A program made the translations under genes and the position numbers. From IMG/VR virus record IMGVR_UViG_3300027791_000037, positions 1 to 49,652 of that record: a DNA stretch of 49,652 nt; one strand, given 5' to 3'. Source of the DNA: a virus (Duplodnaviria > Caudoviricetes). Below are positions 32,001 to 40,137 of this stretch, one piece after another; positions within the stretch are counted from its first letter, which is position 1, and each line of letters opens with the position of its first letter. The notes beneath the pieces are model-generated. The model was given only the letters and a program-made list of their open reading frames with translations. It was not told the origin of the DNA and searched no databases.

Positions 32001-35000
32001 TGAAATCTCAATGCGTTTTGATAGAACCTCATATACGAGTCAAGTCTTAGATTGGGAAGCAAATGTTTTCTACGGTTCATTCTTTGCAGGTAGTTATTTT
32101 AATAGTGAGAACATTTCAAGTTCATCTATTTCTTTACAAGCAACTCAACCCCCGATAGCAGATATTTCAGCATCAGCACAAGGGGCAATATTTGAAATAT
32201 CTAGTGTTACTAATGATAATGAAGTTTTATACACAGAATTCAAACGTACAGTAACAAACACTGTTGCAACCGGAAACAAAGTTCGATTAAATCCATATGA
32301 TAATGCAACTGGTGAGTTAAACTCATCTGGTTCAACTATAGGTTTTACAGTCGGCATGCCAATTAAATTTACTGGAGCAGTGATCGGTGGCATTATAAAC
32401 GAAACAGTTTATTATGTCAACTCTATTCTCACTGTAACTGACTTTACAATTAGTGAGACTTCAGGTGGAGCAATTAAATCATTAACAACTGCATCATCAG
32501 GAACAGCAGGCATGTTTGCATATGCAGGCGAAGTAACAGACACTGCTGTATTAACTCTTAATTACCCGGGATTATTAACTGCAACGGCAACTGAAGCAGT
32601 TACTAACAAAATTACAATTCCACAAAGTGTAATAGGCACAGGTGGAACAGATGGATTCTATATGGGTATCCCATTATTCTTTACAGGCACAATGATTGGT
32701 GGCATAGAAGAAAATGACGTTTACTATGTAACAACTGTCGTAGACAATAAAACAATTACAATAGGCACCACAGCAACGCCTCTGACAACTACAGTGAGTG
32801 CTACAACAACTGGTACAAACGTTATAACTGTTGCAGAGACTACAGGATTCTCAGTAAATGACTCTGTTATATTCAATACTATGGTTGATGCAAGTGGCAA
32901 CACACTTACATCTTACGGTGGCATTGCTTCAGGCACAGTATATTATGTAAATGAAATTGTGTCATTGACTGAATTAAAAATTGCAGTAAATGTAAACGTT
33001 TCTCCATTAGCATTGTCTACAGTAACAACAGGATCAGCCTTAGTAACTAATCAGAAAGACACAGTAGACTTAACTACTGGCACTGGATCAATGTTAATGC
33101 ATGTGTCATTGCCCGTATCACCTGGACAGGTTGACGGACAGAAGTTTACGATGTATAATACATCAGCATACTACACAGATATCACATCTGGAGTATTGTC
33201 AAAGACACTTGACAGAGCAGGCTATGCAACAATCGCAGGAGATGCCGCAGAAGCAACAAACAATAGAATTGCATTAAGTGACCAAGACAGAGGAACATTT
33301 AATTTCTATAAAGATATGCCGATTCAGTTTAACTCAGTACCAAGTGGTGCAGGGATATCTACTGGCGTAACTTACTTTATATTTGACTTCTCAGTGAACG
33401 GAGACAAGTCTACTTACATTAAAGTAGATTGTAGTTCAACGTCCGCTTCAACAAACAGAGTTACTTGTATCGACACTTCATCACTTTGGGTGAACATGCC
33501 AATTACATTTACTGGTGTTGGACTAGGTAATATTGTTGTCGGAACAGAATACTATATTAAAACTATTGATTCAGGAACAACATTTACACTTGCAGAAGTA
33601 TCCGGTGGAGCAACATTTGTACTAGCAACAGACAACGGTCCGATGGTAGGTACTGGTAACCCTTGGATCAGATTGTCAACAACTAAAGGTGGAACACAAG
33701 ATGTTACACTTGCAGATACAAACACTGCATTTAGTTTAACACAGTCACCAACTGTTAATGCTATCTTTGATATAGGATATAAGTTAGGTGGTTACAGAGC
33801 AATCTTGTCTACTGCAGGCGAAGGGTATGCGATCACAAACGTCATTACTATTTCAGGTAATGAAGTCGGTGGCACAACGACCCCAAATGATGTAAGATTA
33901 GAAGTTGATGCAGTTGATGCAAACGGAGCAATCACAAGTTTGATTGTCTCAGGAGAGCCCAATGATCTTACAAATACCTATTACTTAAAAGTTACTGGAC
34001 AGAATACATTAAAAGTTTATTCAGATGCACGAATGACTGTACCAGTTAGTGGCATAGGATTTGACTTTGGTGGATTTACAACAACTAATGTTACAGGATG
34101 TGTATCAGGAACAGATTCAATTACACTAACAAGTGTTACTGGCTTCTCATTAAATGATGAAGTTATATTTGAAGGAACAATACCTAATAGTACAATCGAT
34201 GCAGTAATATCAACATCTTACTATATTAAAACAATCGATACAGGTGCTAACTCAATTACAATTTCAACAAACCCAGGTGGTAGTGTTGTCAACGTAGTTA
34301 CTACAGTATCACTCACAGGACTTACATTATCTAAAGCAGGTAGTTATGCATTCTTACCAGAACCATTCTACTTCAATCAGTCTATTATCAAATACTTAGA
34401 CAGAGTTTATCGTTGTGTTATTTCTAACAACGATGAAGACTTCATCATTGGTAAGTGGGAAGAGTTGAGATCAGATAACAGAGTGTTAAACGCACTCGAT
34501 AGAGCAGAAGGATATTATCAGCCTAGCATCAATATGCCGGGCGTAGATTTAGATCAATTGTTCTCTGGTACGTCATATCCAAATGCAGTTTACTTAGGTA
34601 ATGCATTTGCCCCCGAAGATCAATTTACTGTTGACACAGTATTAAAAGATGAGCCTTTCTACCCAACAGGAGTATCAATTACTGGTGTATCTTGGAACGG
34701 AACAAAATACTTAGCATCGGCAAACTTTGATCAATATACAGGTGTTATATCATCTATTGAAGGACAGAGTTGGTCAACAAAGAAAATTTCAAATAAAATT
34801 GTTGGAGCAACTGATGTAGTGTATGGTGGTGGTCTATATGTAATGACTACTACGAACACAGCGACTCCAATCTATAGAAGTGCCGATGGCATTGTATGGA
34901 CAACTAACTCTACAGCATTAACTATTCCTGCAATAGAACTAAACAGCGTAGCATATAGAAATAATTATTATGTAGCAGTTGGTAAAGGAATTGTTAATAG

Positions 35001-38000
35001 TGATAACACATATTTATGGTTGAATAGAAAAACTTACGATACAGTATTCGGAGTAGTTCTATACGGAGTTAACTCAATCGACACATCAGGCTTTGGTGGC
35101 TTCATTGCAGTTGGTAAAGGTAAAAAATATGATTACTCAACTGGTGTAACAGAATTAGTAGACACTAACATTATTGCATATTCATTTGAACCAACTGGAG
35201 AGTTTTGGCAAGACGGACCTGAACTTACTCCATATGGATTATATGGTGTAGTGAGTAACGGAACAATTGCTATAGCAGTCGGTGAAAATGATATTAAATA
35301 TCAAACAAACAACGGTGGTAACTGGACAGGTATAAATGAAGTATCTGTTGTTTCTGTAAACCAATCTTCTAATCAATTGAATGTTTCAAGTACAGCAGGA
35401 TTTGTAGATGCAGATCCAATCAGATTTACAAACACATTCGGCGGCCTAACAGCAGGCACAACTTATTACGTAGATGTTATAAGTGTTACTCAAGTAGAAA
35501 TCTTTACTGATGCAGGACTAACATCACAAGTAACATTAGTAGATGCAGTCATACCAGTTCAATGTAGAATGGAATTATATGATGCAACATCTCAACCTCT
35601 TAGAGATGTTATCTATGCTGATAGCATTTGGATGACAGTAGGAGACAACGGTAGAATACAAACATCAACAGACGGTCTACGTTGGACAACACAAACATCA
35701 GGTACAACACAAGACTTAAACGGTATCACATATGCAACTGAAACAGATACGTTTGTAGTTGTTGGTGACAATAACGTTATCTTACAATCAACAGACTCAG
35801 GTGTCACATGGACAGCAACAGGCGTGTTCACAGTAGAGAAACCAGTCTATGATGTTAAGGGATCAGATTTTGCAGATGGTTACGGACCAGAAGAATTAGT
35901 CCCGGGCTTAGTCAAAGATACATTAAACATGACAATAGTGTCACGTCCAGGAACAGTTTGGGACGTAACTGAATATTCTCATACAGGATTTAATGTTGTA
36001 TCTAAAGTAGTTGCACCTACAACTGAGTTCCAAGTAGATTATAGTTTCGATCAATATGCTCAATACCCATTAGACATAACATTACAGACTATTGATGCAA
36101 CAACTGGTTTAGGTACTGGATTAGAAAAAGGTGCTTATTCTGTTAACTGGATAACAAAAGTAATTACTTTGAATACACCACTAGTGTTTGCACCTAAGCA
36201 ATCATTACGTATTGATGTATATGAAGTAGGCAATGGTAATCAACTAGTTAAAGGTTGCACCGATACTGATCCTATCAGACCGATAGCAAAAACAGGCTTT
36301 GATGACATTTACTTAAATTGTAATTATAGTGCAACATTCTTCCAAGGATCTGGAGTAATCAGAACTGGATCACATTCTATAGAAGTAGAAGCAACAGAGA
36401 CTATTGCTAGTGGCGATACTATCGTTTGTGTTAATGTAAAAGACTTTACAGCAAATGATCCAATCTCATTTCAAGGAATTGTATTTGGTGGGATTGCAGA
36501 AGACACTACTTACTATGTTAAGTCTATCTCTACAGCAACAAATTCTATCACTATATCAGAAAGTTATGACTCAAGCACAGGACTTGCGGGCCCAATCAAA
36601 TCTGTTACTGATGCAACAGGGTCGATGTTAGTTAATATTCAAACGGGAACAGGAACAGTATGGACTGACCCAGTTTTATATCACAACGGTAGTAGACTAA
36701 TATTAGGTAAAACAAATACTATTAGCAGAACTAAAGCATCAAACAATGCGATCACAACAGGAACTACAGTTGGATTATCTGCTGGTAACAAAATTCAATT
36801 TGCGGCAGACATGTTTGGGACAGACATTACACCAAACACTGTTTACTATATTAAAACTATAGTAGACAATAATGAATTTACTATTTCAGCAACTGATGGT
36901 GGAACTGTTATCACTTTAAGTGATGCGGCAGGTATATCATCATACGTAACAAATGATTATGCAATTGGTATACAGCCAAACGGCATACAAGCAAAACTTA
37001 CATTAGCAAATCCAGCTGGTTATGTCAATAATACAGACTATATTGTTTATTCAATATTCGGAGACTCTGCTGATCCTTCACAATATGGATACTCTGTTCC
37101 AGAAATACAAGAATATATAGGTGACGGATCAACAGCATCATTTGCTATGAGCAATTACAATGGTGGAGCAAACGCACAGAATGCAATTGTAGAAGTTAAT
37201 GGCTTACGTCAAACAAATACATCATATCAAATAAACGACGGAGCGAATACTGTGTTGTTCTTTGCTCCACCGGCTGTTGGTGCAAAAGTTTCAGTCTTAA
37301 CTTATAATAATACTGAAAGACAATACTTAACAACACAATATGGTATCTCAGGTACTTCAGGTAGTTCGTTTACAACTATTACAGTTACTGCAACAACTCA
37401 CTTAGAAGGTACTTTCGATGAAGATACTCCAAATGTAGAGACATATGACCAAGACACGCCTACTATCGTTACATACGATGAGTTATTAGACACTTTAACT
37501 TGTGCAGACACATCAGTCTTAACAGTAGATGAGCCAATAGTCTTCTCTAATCCAACTATAGGTGGAATTACAGCAGGTGTAACATACTATATCTTAGAAA
37601 TTATCAATTCAACAACGTTTACTATCTCGTTAGAAGTAGGCGGAGCACCTGTAACTGTTACAACTGATTCAGGATCAATGGTAGGTAGTTCAAATGCTAT
37701 TACAGTTGCAAACATTACAAACATTGAGACTGGACAAGAAGAACCGCTTAGAGTTACTAGAGCAACTGCAACAACTACAGGTACAAATGAAATTACATTT
37801 GATACAGTAGCAGGTTTTGCAATCGATCAACAGATTTACTTTCAAGGAACTAACTTCGGTGGACTAGAACAAGGTAAAGTTTACTTTGTAGCAAGTATCG
37901 ATACGGGAACTAACAAAGCAACTATTAAAGATCAGTTAGGAACTACGATTGTATTGACTACCGCAACAGGATTGCTAGTCACAACATGTGGTGGTAACCC

Positions 38001-39330
38001 AACTACAAGAATTACAACAGGTATTCCTCACTCATTAGCAACTGATCAATTAGTAAGACTAGATGGCATCTATGGATCAGTTGAATTGAATGGCAACTCT
38101 TACTATGTAAGAGTATTCGATCAATATCGATTTGAAATCTATACACAAGTTTATAATCCAGCACTAGATGCAGTGAATTATCCAGTTACTGGTATTTCAA
38201 CATACATCTCAGGTGGTTATGTATGGAGACAAGGAACATTCTTCTTAGTTACTACACAAGCAACTGTGACTACAGCATCTAATAGTAGAATTACATGTCA
38301 GGATACATCTGAACTTGTTGTTAACAATGAAGTTATCTTTACAAAGCAAGGACAAGTTGCAGGAGCCGCAGTACTAGGTGGATTGATACAAGGTACAACA
38401 TACTATATCAAACAAGTCTTAAATAGTACTCAATTTACTATCGGCTTAACTAGAAATGCAGGTACAGCAGTAACTCTAACAGATGATACAGGTGTTATGA
38501 ATGTAACACAATGGGAACAAACAAATGTTGAAAGACTTTGGGTAACTGTAAACGGTTATCGTCTACCAACTGACAGACTACGAGTTGATGCAGACAATGA
38601 AGTAAGTCTATTAACAGAAATCTCTCCAGGAGATGTTGTGATTATGACTAATATGATACCTAACTCAACACCAAATGAAGAAATATATCTAAACTTTGTA
38701 GATCAAAATGCAAATCAAACTGTATATAGAGCAAATGTACAAGCAAGGACATGGTTAGCACAACCTATCTTCCCGCTAACACAAAATATTTCTGTAGGAG
38801 ACGTTACAAGAGTTACAGATAACATCGTACAGAACGTACTTGCTCCGACTCCGGTCAATAACATTTACTCAATCGGATTGACCTCAGATAAAAACATTTT
38901 GAGTGGTGTAACTGTTCTAAATAATACTACTGGTATTACATTAGATCCTGATACTTATGTTGTTAATGTTGAAAATCTTGCCCCGATATTAAAAATCACA
39001 GATGGTTCTTATATCTCAGCAGGAGATTCACTGAAGATTACATCATTAGAAGGTAATACATTGTATATTAACGGAGAGCAAATTACTTTCACTACGATTG
39101 ATTTTGCTAATAACACAGTAGGTGGATTACAACGAGGAGCAAACGGTACAGGAGTGCAAGAATACATTAGTAAGTTTACAGAAGTGTTTAGTTTATTGAG
39201 TAATAATCGTCTTAGTGACTTATATATTGATCAATCTTGGAACTCTTATGTGTTTAATACGACTATCGGAGACCCATTACAGATCTCCAATACTACTCCC
39301 GCAAAGTTTCTACAAACGGATATAACCTAA
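20071..39330 (+). CDS. Giant 6419-aa baseplate/structural protein (gp7-position) with repeated beta-rich domains
   Basis: Uninterrupted 19.26-kb ORF after gp6. Begins RTLEFLPEIFKT; contains YINEAKPYH, FG-GAP-like repeats, recurring GG..G..YY...F.IS modules and BNR/YCF48-like repeats. Confidence 0.75.
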   Translation: MAKIRTLEFLPEIFKTSTNAQFLGATLDQLVNEPSTQTLQGYVGSKFGYGVNAKDYYVTEPNKTRTDYQLSPGTTFLNENQSTAKDFVSYPELIDALKLKGGVTLDNSRLFKSEFYSWDSFTDLDKLINFNQYYWIPEGPPAVTIASATVFSESDYIVTDTSNAYSIKALGAASGSLNPTLTLLRGGSYRFAVNQKTQFWIQGVPGTSGLEGAQDTRQILGVNNNGANTGYVTFTVPSREAQNEFLFPGSNNVGVVSTKLFSEVNGLTVSEVGNIDGVTSLEGLTVMFYQTSEPNEVGFVQSFFDESGANYDVNLTSPEIVAPVTLAIDETTATQLKLSSGTTADLTQNQTVTFTAVPSSDPLLGGLDVDTIYYVKDIIDSTSFTISATLNGTTLALTPQTGSMVANINEGLWEEGFYTNVNENFYTITYVGDSTNPTIRLIPAGVIPTDEKISIEFGTTYIGLDFYRSQTGEILRIPYLSALLDTLYYQDGTNANKVGSIKLIESNLTNTVNVDTDIIGQKTFTSTNGVIFTNGLKVQFNGDIIPSSYLTGEYYVQGVGESINLIPTTDLVVPEDFTGTNYIPYDTLNYSIGNFDTELFIPVDQDYITIGRNSINRNSWSRSNRWFHVDVINATADYNNDPTIVTTYATGKNKAKRPIIEFYPNLKLFDAGTIAKLPVDFIDTRTTNAFEQVANKKQYYPDIETYTSYTASITGVTGTSTTITIPTTDIYNTFATGMYITDSNFALPNNTQITDVSVSGVNTVLTVSFANSTVVGQTNVSIVGSDTTVNNYELFSGARVIFTADTNAEVKNKIYVVGFSTITFGSAPVITLTESEDSPCLVDDQTVALRGYNYQGSTFWFNGTVWDEAQQKLTVNQAPNFDIYDKNGISFGDATVYQGTSFLGNKLFAYGRGTGANDAVLGFPIRYSAVDNVGDISFDCSLNVDSFSYVTGTTPVTSKVNTGYVFDYSTRTTKTRELGWQTAVAPSVQYQIFELEYTKGTTAEFTCDVAVLPIDTTVDSWPRIQVYVNNIYQLETTYTITETDTTTKITLNTAPTVDTPIQILVLSKQTSKTAYYSIPINLSNNPFNTDLEIADIGDIRSQYQDIFVNNPNSAGTIFGINNLRDLGNLVPYGTKIIQNSAPVVLPSVFLRKSEHNLFDALQFNSSQYVQYKQQLVKTVNDTDWAQRFNPSYILDTALETMVSAKSEGDSFFWSDMIPSQAPYKTNTYTFANALQESIYPLTQTYNFKTANYKGVLVYLTRTTSGVTKTTQLIRDVDYIVSTTAPSLTVTKDLIAGDVVTIKEYNQTYGNFVPNTPTKLGLYPKWKPEVVLDPNYSVPTYMLRGHDGSYTSLYTLNYTPATGLTDFRDQALLEFETRIYNNIKLSTVVPIERYEVLPGFFRESTYSSADFLKIYGSQFLNWAGQNRIDYKTQTGYTSADKFSYNYYQSANKLTNTVIDQGYWRGVYEYFYGTSQPNIAPWEMLGFSEMPTWWTAQYGAAPYTNSNGVMWADIEAGIIYNTGGTTSVTVDELKRPGLSTILPVDDHGDLLSPFDAIVGNYDANTFKRDWKVGDDAPAEFSYRRSSSYPFDLMRIFALTRPAEFFNLSADLDNYKYNTEFKQYLVNDRSHLDIGAIQIYGNGTAKTSYINWIVDFEKQQGVDATTEITTLLDNLDVRLVYRLAGFSDKALLKFFVEKATPNSDNSSLLIPDESYAVLLHDNQPNDQLKFSSVIIQVVSNGWKVFGNSQTQAYFTTDTPISNGKTTSIEVDDYTVKVADNYSTTEREELIVPYGTQFYTYQALSQFLASYGAWLERKGMVFDNIENGIELNWNVMIKEYLYWSQFNWELGSLITVNPSAQDFKIQKESDIVQPLTIEQENFLLNQNLYPIAIKDLAIERLDTKFHVKTLNSGDVMAYGQFNLSNIEHGVVFDNNTLFNDVIYNLITGLRQNRIYLRGTKTAEWNGTVNASGFILNQDNVYEWKPAYKYAKGEIVKYKNKFFTANKTIESAAKFEETNWVETDYNDIQKGLLPNSATRSYESTLYYNSNTANLEKDADQLSFSLIGFRPRDYLSSVNLSDITQVNVYKNLIKLKGTTNAVSAFKGTTLSTGGINYDVYENWAILSGEFGGTLNSNFVDFKLNEAKLTGNPGIVSLTEGTPTFGAQQEVSVHNLFNYARPIDGPNILSTLTKEDPLSLYPTAGYVNYDDVKMAAYYYNDLGLRAVNSNGKQIPIQDFYVRDYMWIANFKEQWRVYSIKPVGRVINVTPNTNNTTTITFAERHGLSKLDPVSFINVAPNVDGYYLVTTVNNLTEITINLSLEEPPTILDGNGLGLTFVNQRVAQPADIADLDLNEAEFSKNTVWVDEASDGNWGVYQKSINYSLTKNLNRADGQTFGSAVAYTPRMGYLIGDSSAGKVYRYGYNTTTGNFDEDTGSLLTGGTSFGTAIAYSKNLFVISEPATTTGAFGSSTLRIYTLNDTVLSDDITLLQTFTGPEGAGTSLAISDDQEWIYSGSPLSNQIEVYNRQHIPLNAGFFTIGETYTITSVGTTDFKALGALDDKVGIVFNATGVGTGTGTADQISYVELAEIEGTAAPVSAVAGDNFGFSVSCDSNGDTISIGAPNTKSPTTKEKWGTNYVYSRLVQNIESQYTAIPNQPQHYPLAWDTVFSARTATAVASNVITFTGTAIDATFTNTSVAFNEGGSFGNSGITPNKVYYMQYVSAQTFSLKESRSTNAVITLIDEPSVTFSIFPQIESLLVKVNGTFVNDNNYAVGGGQLDFRYFGDIRAGDIITVSSRNIQWVQSMIPDADDRVGVQLGYATDMTSYGSEILMGAPGEIRIDGAKQTDGSVYRYTNGGGKYGTVIGTGVTALTTETKLLINGYLVVLPSGSNASQCSSLINQYGITNVTSSATADGKLIISTINTSLALVNEKLLLQAPSTTAFAELGFAIYDKTQVIIAPHNVSRTLFGNTIKFDESDSVVISAPVSTRFLGTTFDFIDDENLDNDTIFDNNATRFVDTWDSAGAVYMYDYLANYNGSIADPGKFVYAQNLNSQDQNYGFEPQYGTALDFTNNQVIIGTPNLSYGNLEGQITLFQNSGTAKDWSLYRQTSAIVDINRIQNSQIYSAETNDTLINLDYMDPMQEKLLGSVRENIDYVNSVDPATYNSEIGGVNAGLVWGAPQTGKIWFDTSRTRWLNYHQNDVTYNARHWGRVFPGSNVSCYTWVKSTVTPAQYQGPGIPKANTQYSVEADLNASNTVTTCYYFWVRDTNIVNSEIDKTLSDTTLQQYITNPSRSGVAFFAPLLQNTFALYNTQSYINTTDSVFHIGFAVGNNDDPSHQEFNLIKDGLADDFLPGLPKFGPQTSTNRPEGLYDRLLDSLSGVDEVGEVVPNPYLPKAVQSGVLARPRQSFFFSRFLGLENYLEYANKVLAEYPIAETRQDATYLFATGTYYDTSDYWSYVNWWLPTTNPAGQYNNNTKSTVSVAIYADLAKLDVVTKTIATVEANGDGKWEMYRYDGNDVWTRIGLENGTIKFNLYLWNYASGKTGFGDNFFDTASFDEYPSEETRWIIRALNEQIYIDELVAFRNTSLIILFEYIQSETDESQNYLPWLNKTSLVDVSHVIRELKPIQNYQQDNQEFLSGYINEAKPYHVVIKDFLFKYTGIDTYQGNITDFDLPAEWNETTQSYISPQLVYANVDTDEEYLPTNALWQTSPYSNWYNNYGLSIIGQTDYQITELNEYITIGSVVAMVDNASGFPINGTIQIGKEIISYSFVDRALNILGGLQRGLNGTEPTTHLPGAQIIIDLPSVVILDGGKNYIEPPKITAYIDLTKYPAPRVEAQLEAVMSVDSVISVNVINPGEGYAVLPEIRIAPAEQLFFTNADINSTLHTIKLFAPSLATGNLIQYKDDAVSGAEVTRLVNNQWYYINVLETTPTTVIALYTSYDDAVNQINRVQFTAGTTDGDFALNVGAKASAISSSRPTRENEISMRFDRTSYTSQVLDWEANVFYGSFFAGSYFNSENISSSSISLQATQPPIADISASAQGAIFEISSVTNDNEVLYTEFKRTVTNTVATGNKVRLNPYDNATGELNSSGSTIGFTVGMPIKFTGAVIGGIINETVYYVNSILTVTDFTISETSGGAIKSLTTASSGTAGMFAYAGEVTDTAVLTLNYPGLLTATATEAVTNKITIPQSVIGTGGTDGFYMGIPLFFTGTMIGGIEENDVYYVTTVVDNKTITIGTTATPLTTTVSATTTGTNVITVAETTGFSVNDSVIFNTMVDASGNTLTSYGGIASGTVYYVNEIVSLTELKIAVNVNVSPLALSTVTTGSALVTNQKDTVDLTTGTGSMLMHVSLPVSPGQVDGQKFTMYNTSAYYTDITSGVLSKTLDRAGYATIAGDAAEATNNRIALSDQDRGTFNFYKDMPIQFNSVPSGAGISTGVTYFIFDFSVNGDKSTYIKVDCSSTSASTNRVTCIDTSSLWVNMPITFTGVGLGNIVVGTEYYIKTIDSGTTFTLAEVSGGATFVLATDNGPMVGTGNPWIRLSTTKGGTQDVTLADTNTAFSLTQSPTVNAIFDIGYKLGGYRAILSTAGEGYAITNVITISGNEVGGTTTPNDVRLEVDAVDANGAITSLIVSGEPNDLTNTYYLKVTGQNTLKVYSDARMTVPVSGIGFDFGGFTTTNVTGCVSGTDSITLTSVTGFSLNDEVIFEGTIPNSTIDAVISTSYYIKTIDTGANSITISTNPGGSVVNVVTTVSLTGLTLSKAGSYAFLPEPFYFNQSIIKYLDRVYRCVISNNDEDFIIGKWEELRSDNRVLNALDRAEGYYQPSINMPGVDLDQLFSGTSYPNAVYLGNAFAPEDQFTVDTVLKDEPFYPTGVSITGVSWNGTKYLASANFDQYTGVISSIEGQSWSTKKISNKIVGATDVVYGGGLYVMTTTNTATPIYRSADGIVWTTNSTALTIPAIELNSVAYRNNYYVAVGKGIVNSDNTYLWLNRKTYDTVFGVVLYGVNSIDTSGFGGFIAVGKGKKYDYSTGVTELVDTNIIAYSFEPTGEFWQDGPELTPYGLYGVVSNGTIAIAVGENDIKYQTNNGGNWTGINEVSVVSVNQSSNQLNVSSTAGFVDADPIRFTNTFGGLTAGTTYYVDVISVTQVEIFTDAGLTSQVTLVDAVIPVQCRMELYDATSQPLRDVIYADSIWMTVGDNGRIQTSTDGLRWTTQTSGTTQDLNGITYATETDTFVVVGDNNVILQSTDSGVTWTATGVFTVEKPVYDVKGSDFADGYGPEELVPGLVKDTLNMTIVSRPGTVWDVTEYSHTGFNVVSKVVAPTTEFQVDYSFDQYAQYPLDITLQTIDATTGLGTGLEKGAYSVNWITKVITLNTPLVFAPKQSLRIDVYEVGNGNQLVKGCTDTDPIRPIAKTGFDDIYLNCNYSATFFQGSGVIRTGSHSIEVEATETIASGDTIVCVNVKDFTANDPISFQGIVFGGIAEDTTYYVKSISTATNSITISESYDSSTGLAGPIKSVTDATGSMLVNIQTGTGTVWTDPVLYHNGSRLILGKTNTISRTKASNNAITTGTTVGLSAGNKIQFAADMFGTDITPNTVYYIKTIVDNNEFTISATDGGTVITLSDAAGISSYVTNDYAIGIQPNGIQAKLTLANPAGYVNNTDYIVYSIFGDSADPSQYGYSVPEIQEYIGDGSTASFAMSNYNGGANAQNAIVEVNGLRQTNTSYQINDGANTVLFFAPPAVGAKVSVLTYNNTERQYLTTQYGISGTSGSSFTTITVTATTHLEGTFDEDTPNVETYDQDTPTIVTYDELLDTLTCADTSVLTVDEPIVFSNPTIGGITAGVTYYILEIINSTTFTISLEVGGAPVTVTTDSGSMVGSSNAITVANITNIETGQEEPLRVTRATATTTGTNEITFDTVAGFAIDQQIYFQGTNFGGLEQGKVYFVASIDTGTNKATIKDQLGTTIVLTTATGLLVTTCGGNPTTRITTGIPHSLATDQLVRLDGIYGSVELNGNSYYVRVFDQYRFEIYTQVYNPALDAVNYPVTGISTYISGGYVWRQGTFFLVTTQATVTTASNSRITCQDTSELVVNNEVIFTKQGQVAGAAVLGGLIQGTTYYIKQVLNSTQFTIGLTRNAGTAVTLTDDTGVMNVTQWEQTNVERLWVTVNGYRLPTDRLRVDADNEVSLLTEISPGDVVIMTNMIPNSTPNEEIYLNFVDQNANQTVYRANVQARTWLAQPIFPLTQNISVGDVTRVTDNIVQNVLAPTPVNNIYSIGLTSDKNILSGVTVLNNTTGITLDPDTYVVNVENLAPILKITDGSYISAGDSLKITSLEGNTLYINGEQITFTTIDFANNTVGGLQRGANGTGVQEYISKFTEVFSLLSNNRLSDLYIDQSWNSYVFNTTIGDPLQISNTTPAKFLQTDIT
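37411..37482 (+). repeat. Degenerate 30-nt (10-aa) tandem repeat inside the giant ORF
   Basis: TFDEDTPNVE / TYDQDTPTIV / TYDE. Confidence 0.6.
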
Positions 39331-39332
39331 AT

Positions 39333-39340
39333 GATAAATA
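39333..39340 (+). promoter_or_regulatory. Late promoter GATAAATA
   Basis: Immediately after the giant gene's stop; 5 nt before ATG 39346. Confidence 0.7.
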
Positions 39341-39345
39341 AAGAG

Positions 39346-39486
39346 ATGAACAATAATAAATCAGAGAATTCAGACCCTAAAGAAGTTAAGCCTAACGAAG
39401 ACAGCGGAATTTACTTTTCATCTAGTCTGAAAATAACTGATCCTGATACTAAAGAAGTGTTAGTGCAGATGCGAGGAGATAGTTAA
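39346..39486 (+). CDS. Small 46-aa protein missing from the ORF track
   Basis: MNNNKSENSDPKEVKPNEDSGIYFSSSLKITDPDTKEVLVQMRGDS. Fills the gap, follows a late promoter and has a TAATG overlap with the next gene. Confidence 0.75.
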   Translation: MNNNKSENSDPKEVKPNEDSGIYFSSSLKITDPDTKEVLVQMRGDS

Positions 39487-40106
39487 TGTCTGGCGATCAA
39501 CAAATTCTGAAAATGGAAGGATTCCTGACAATCAGAGACTATAACACCGGCGAAGTTTTACAAGAAGCAAAGAACGCAATCAATTATGAAAACATGTCTG
39601 AAGCAATAGCAGATACTCTATCTAGTAGAGGCTACGGCGAGATATATCAAATGGCATTCGGTAATGGTGGAGCATCAGTTGACGAAACAGGTGTAATCAC
39701 ATATTTACCACCTAATACTACAGGACAGAATGCGGCTTTATATAATCAAACATATGCAAAAATCGTAGATGATACAAGTGTTTTTAACTTAGACCCGACA
39801 AGAAACAAAATGACAGTATTTCACACTACAGGCCGTGTGTATACTGATATTCTAGTACAATGTTTACTAGATTATGGTGAGCCTGCAGGACAAGCCGCGT
39901 TTGATAACAGTACACAAACAGATTCTAACTACATTTTTGATGAGTTAGGGTTATTAGCAAACTACGGCACAGATGCAAACGGAAACGTAATTACAAGACT
40001 TTTAACTCACGTAATATTTCACCCTGTGCAAAAGTCCTTGAATAGGCAAATACAGATAGATTATACGGTTAGAATACAATCTCTAACTAATTTAGTTACC
40101 ATTTAA
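39486..40106 (+). CDS. Virion structural protein (baseplate/fibre-associated)
   Basis: 206 aa in the late operon; MAFGNGG...FDELGL...LLTHVIFHPVQKSLNR..IDYTVRI. Confidence 0.6.
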   Translation: MSGDQQILKMEGFLTIRDYNTGEVLQEAKNAINYENMSEAIADTLSSRGYGEIYQMAFGNGGASVDETGVITYLPPNTTGQNAALYNQTYAKIVDDTSVFNLDPTRNKMTVFHTTGRVYTDILVQCLLDYGEPAGQAAFDNSTQTDSNYIFDELGLLANYGTDANGNVITRLLTHVIFHPVQKSLNRQIQIDYTVRIQSLTNLVTI

Positions 40107-40114
40107 GATAAATA
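40107..40114 (+). promoter_or_regulatory. Late promoter GATAAATA
   Basis: Directly after the stop codon, upstream of the GGAG SD of 40138. Confidence 0.65.
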
Positions 40115-40137
40115 ATATTAACGGAGTGAATTAGAAA

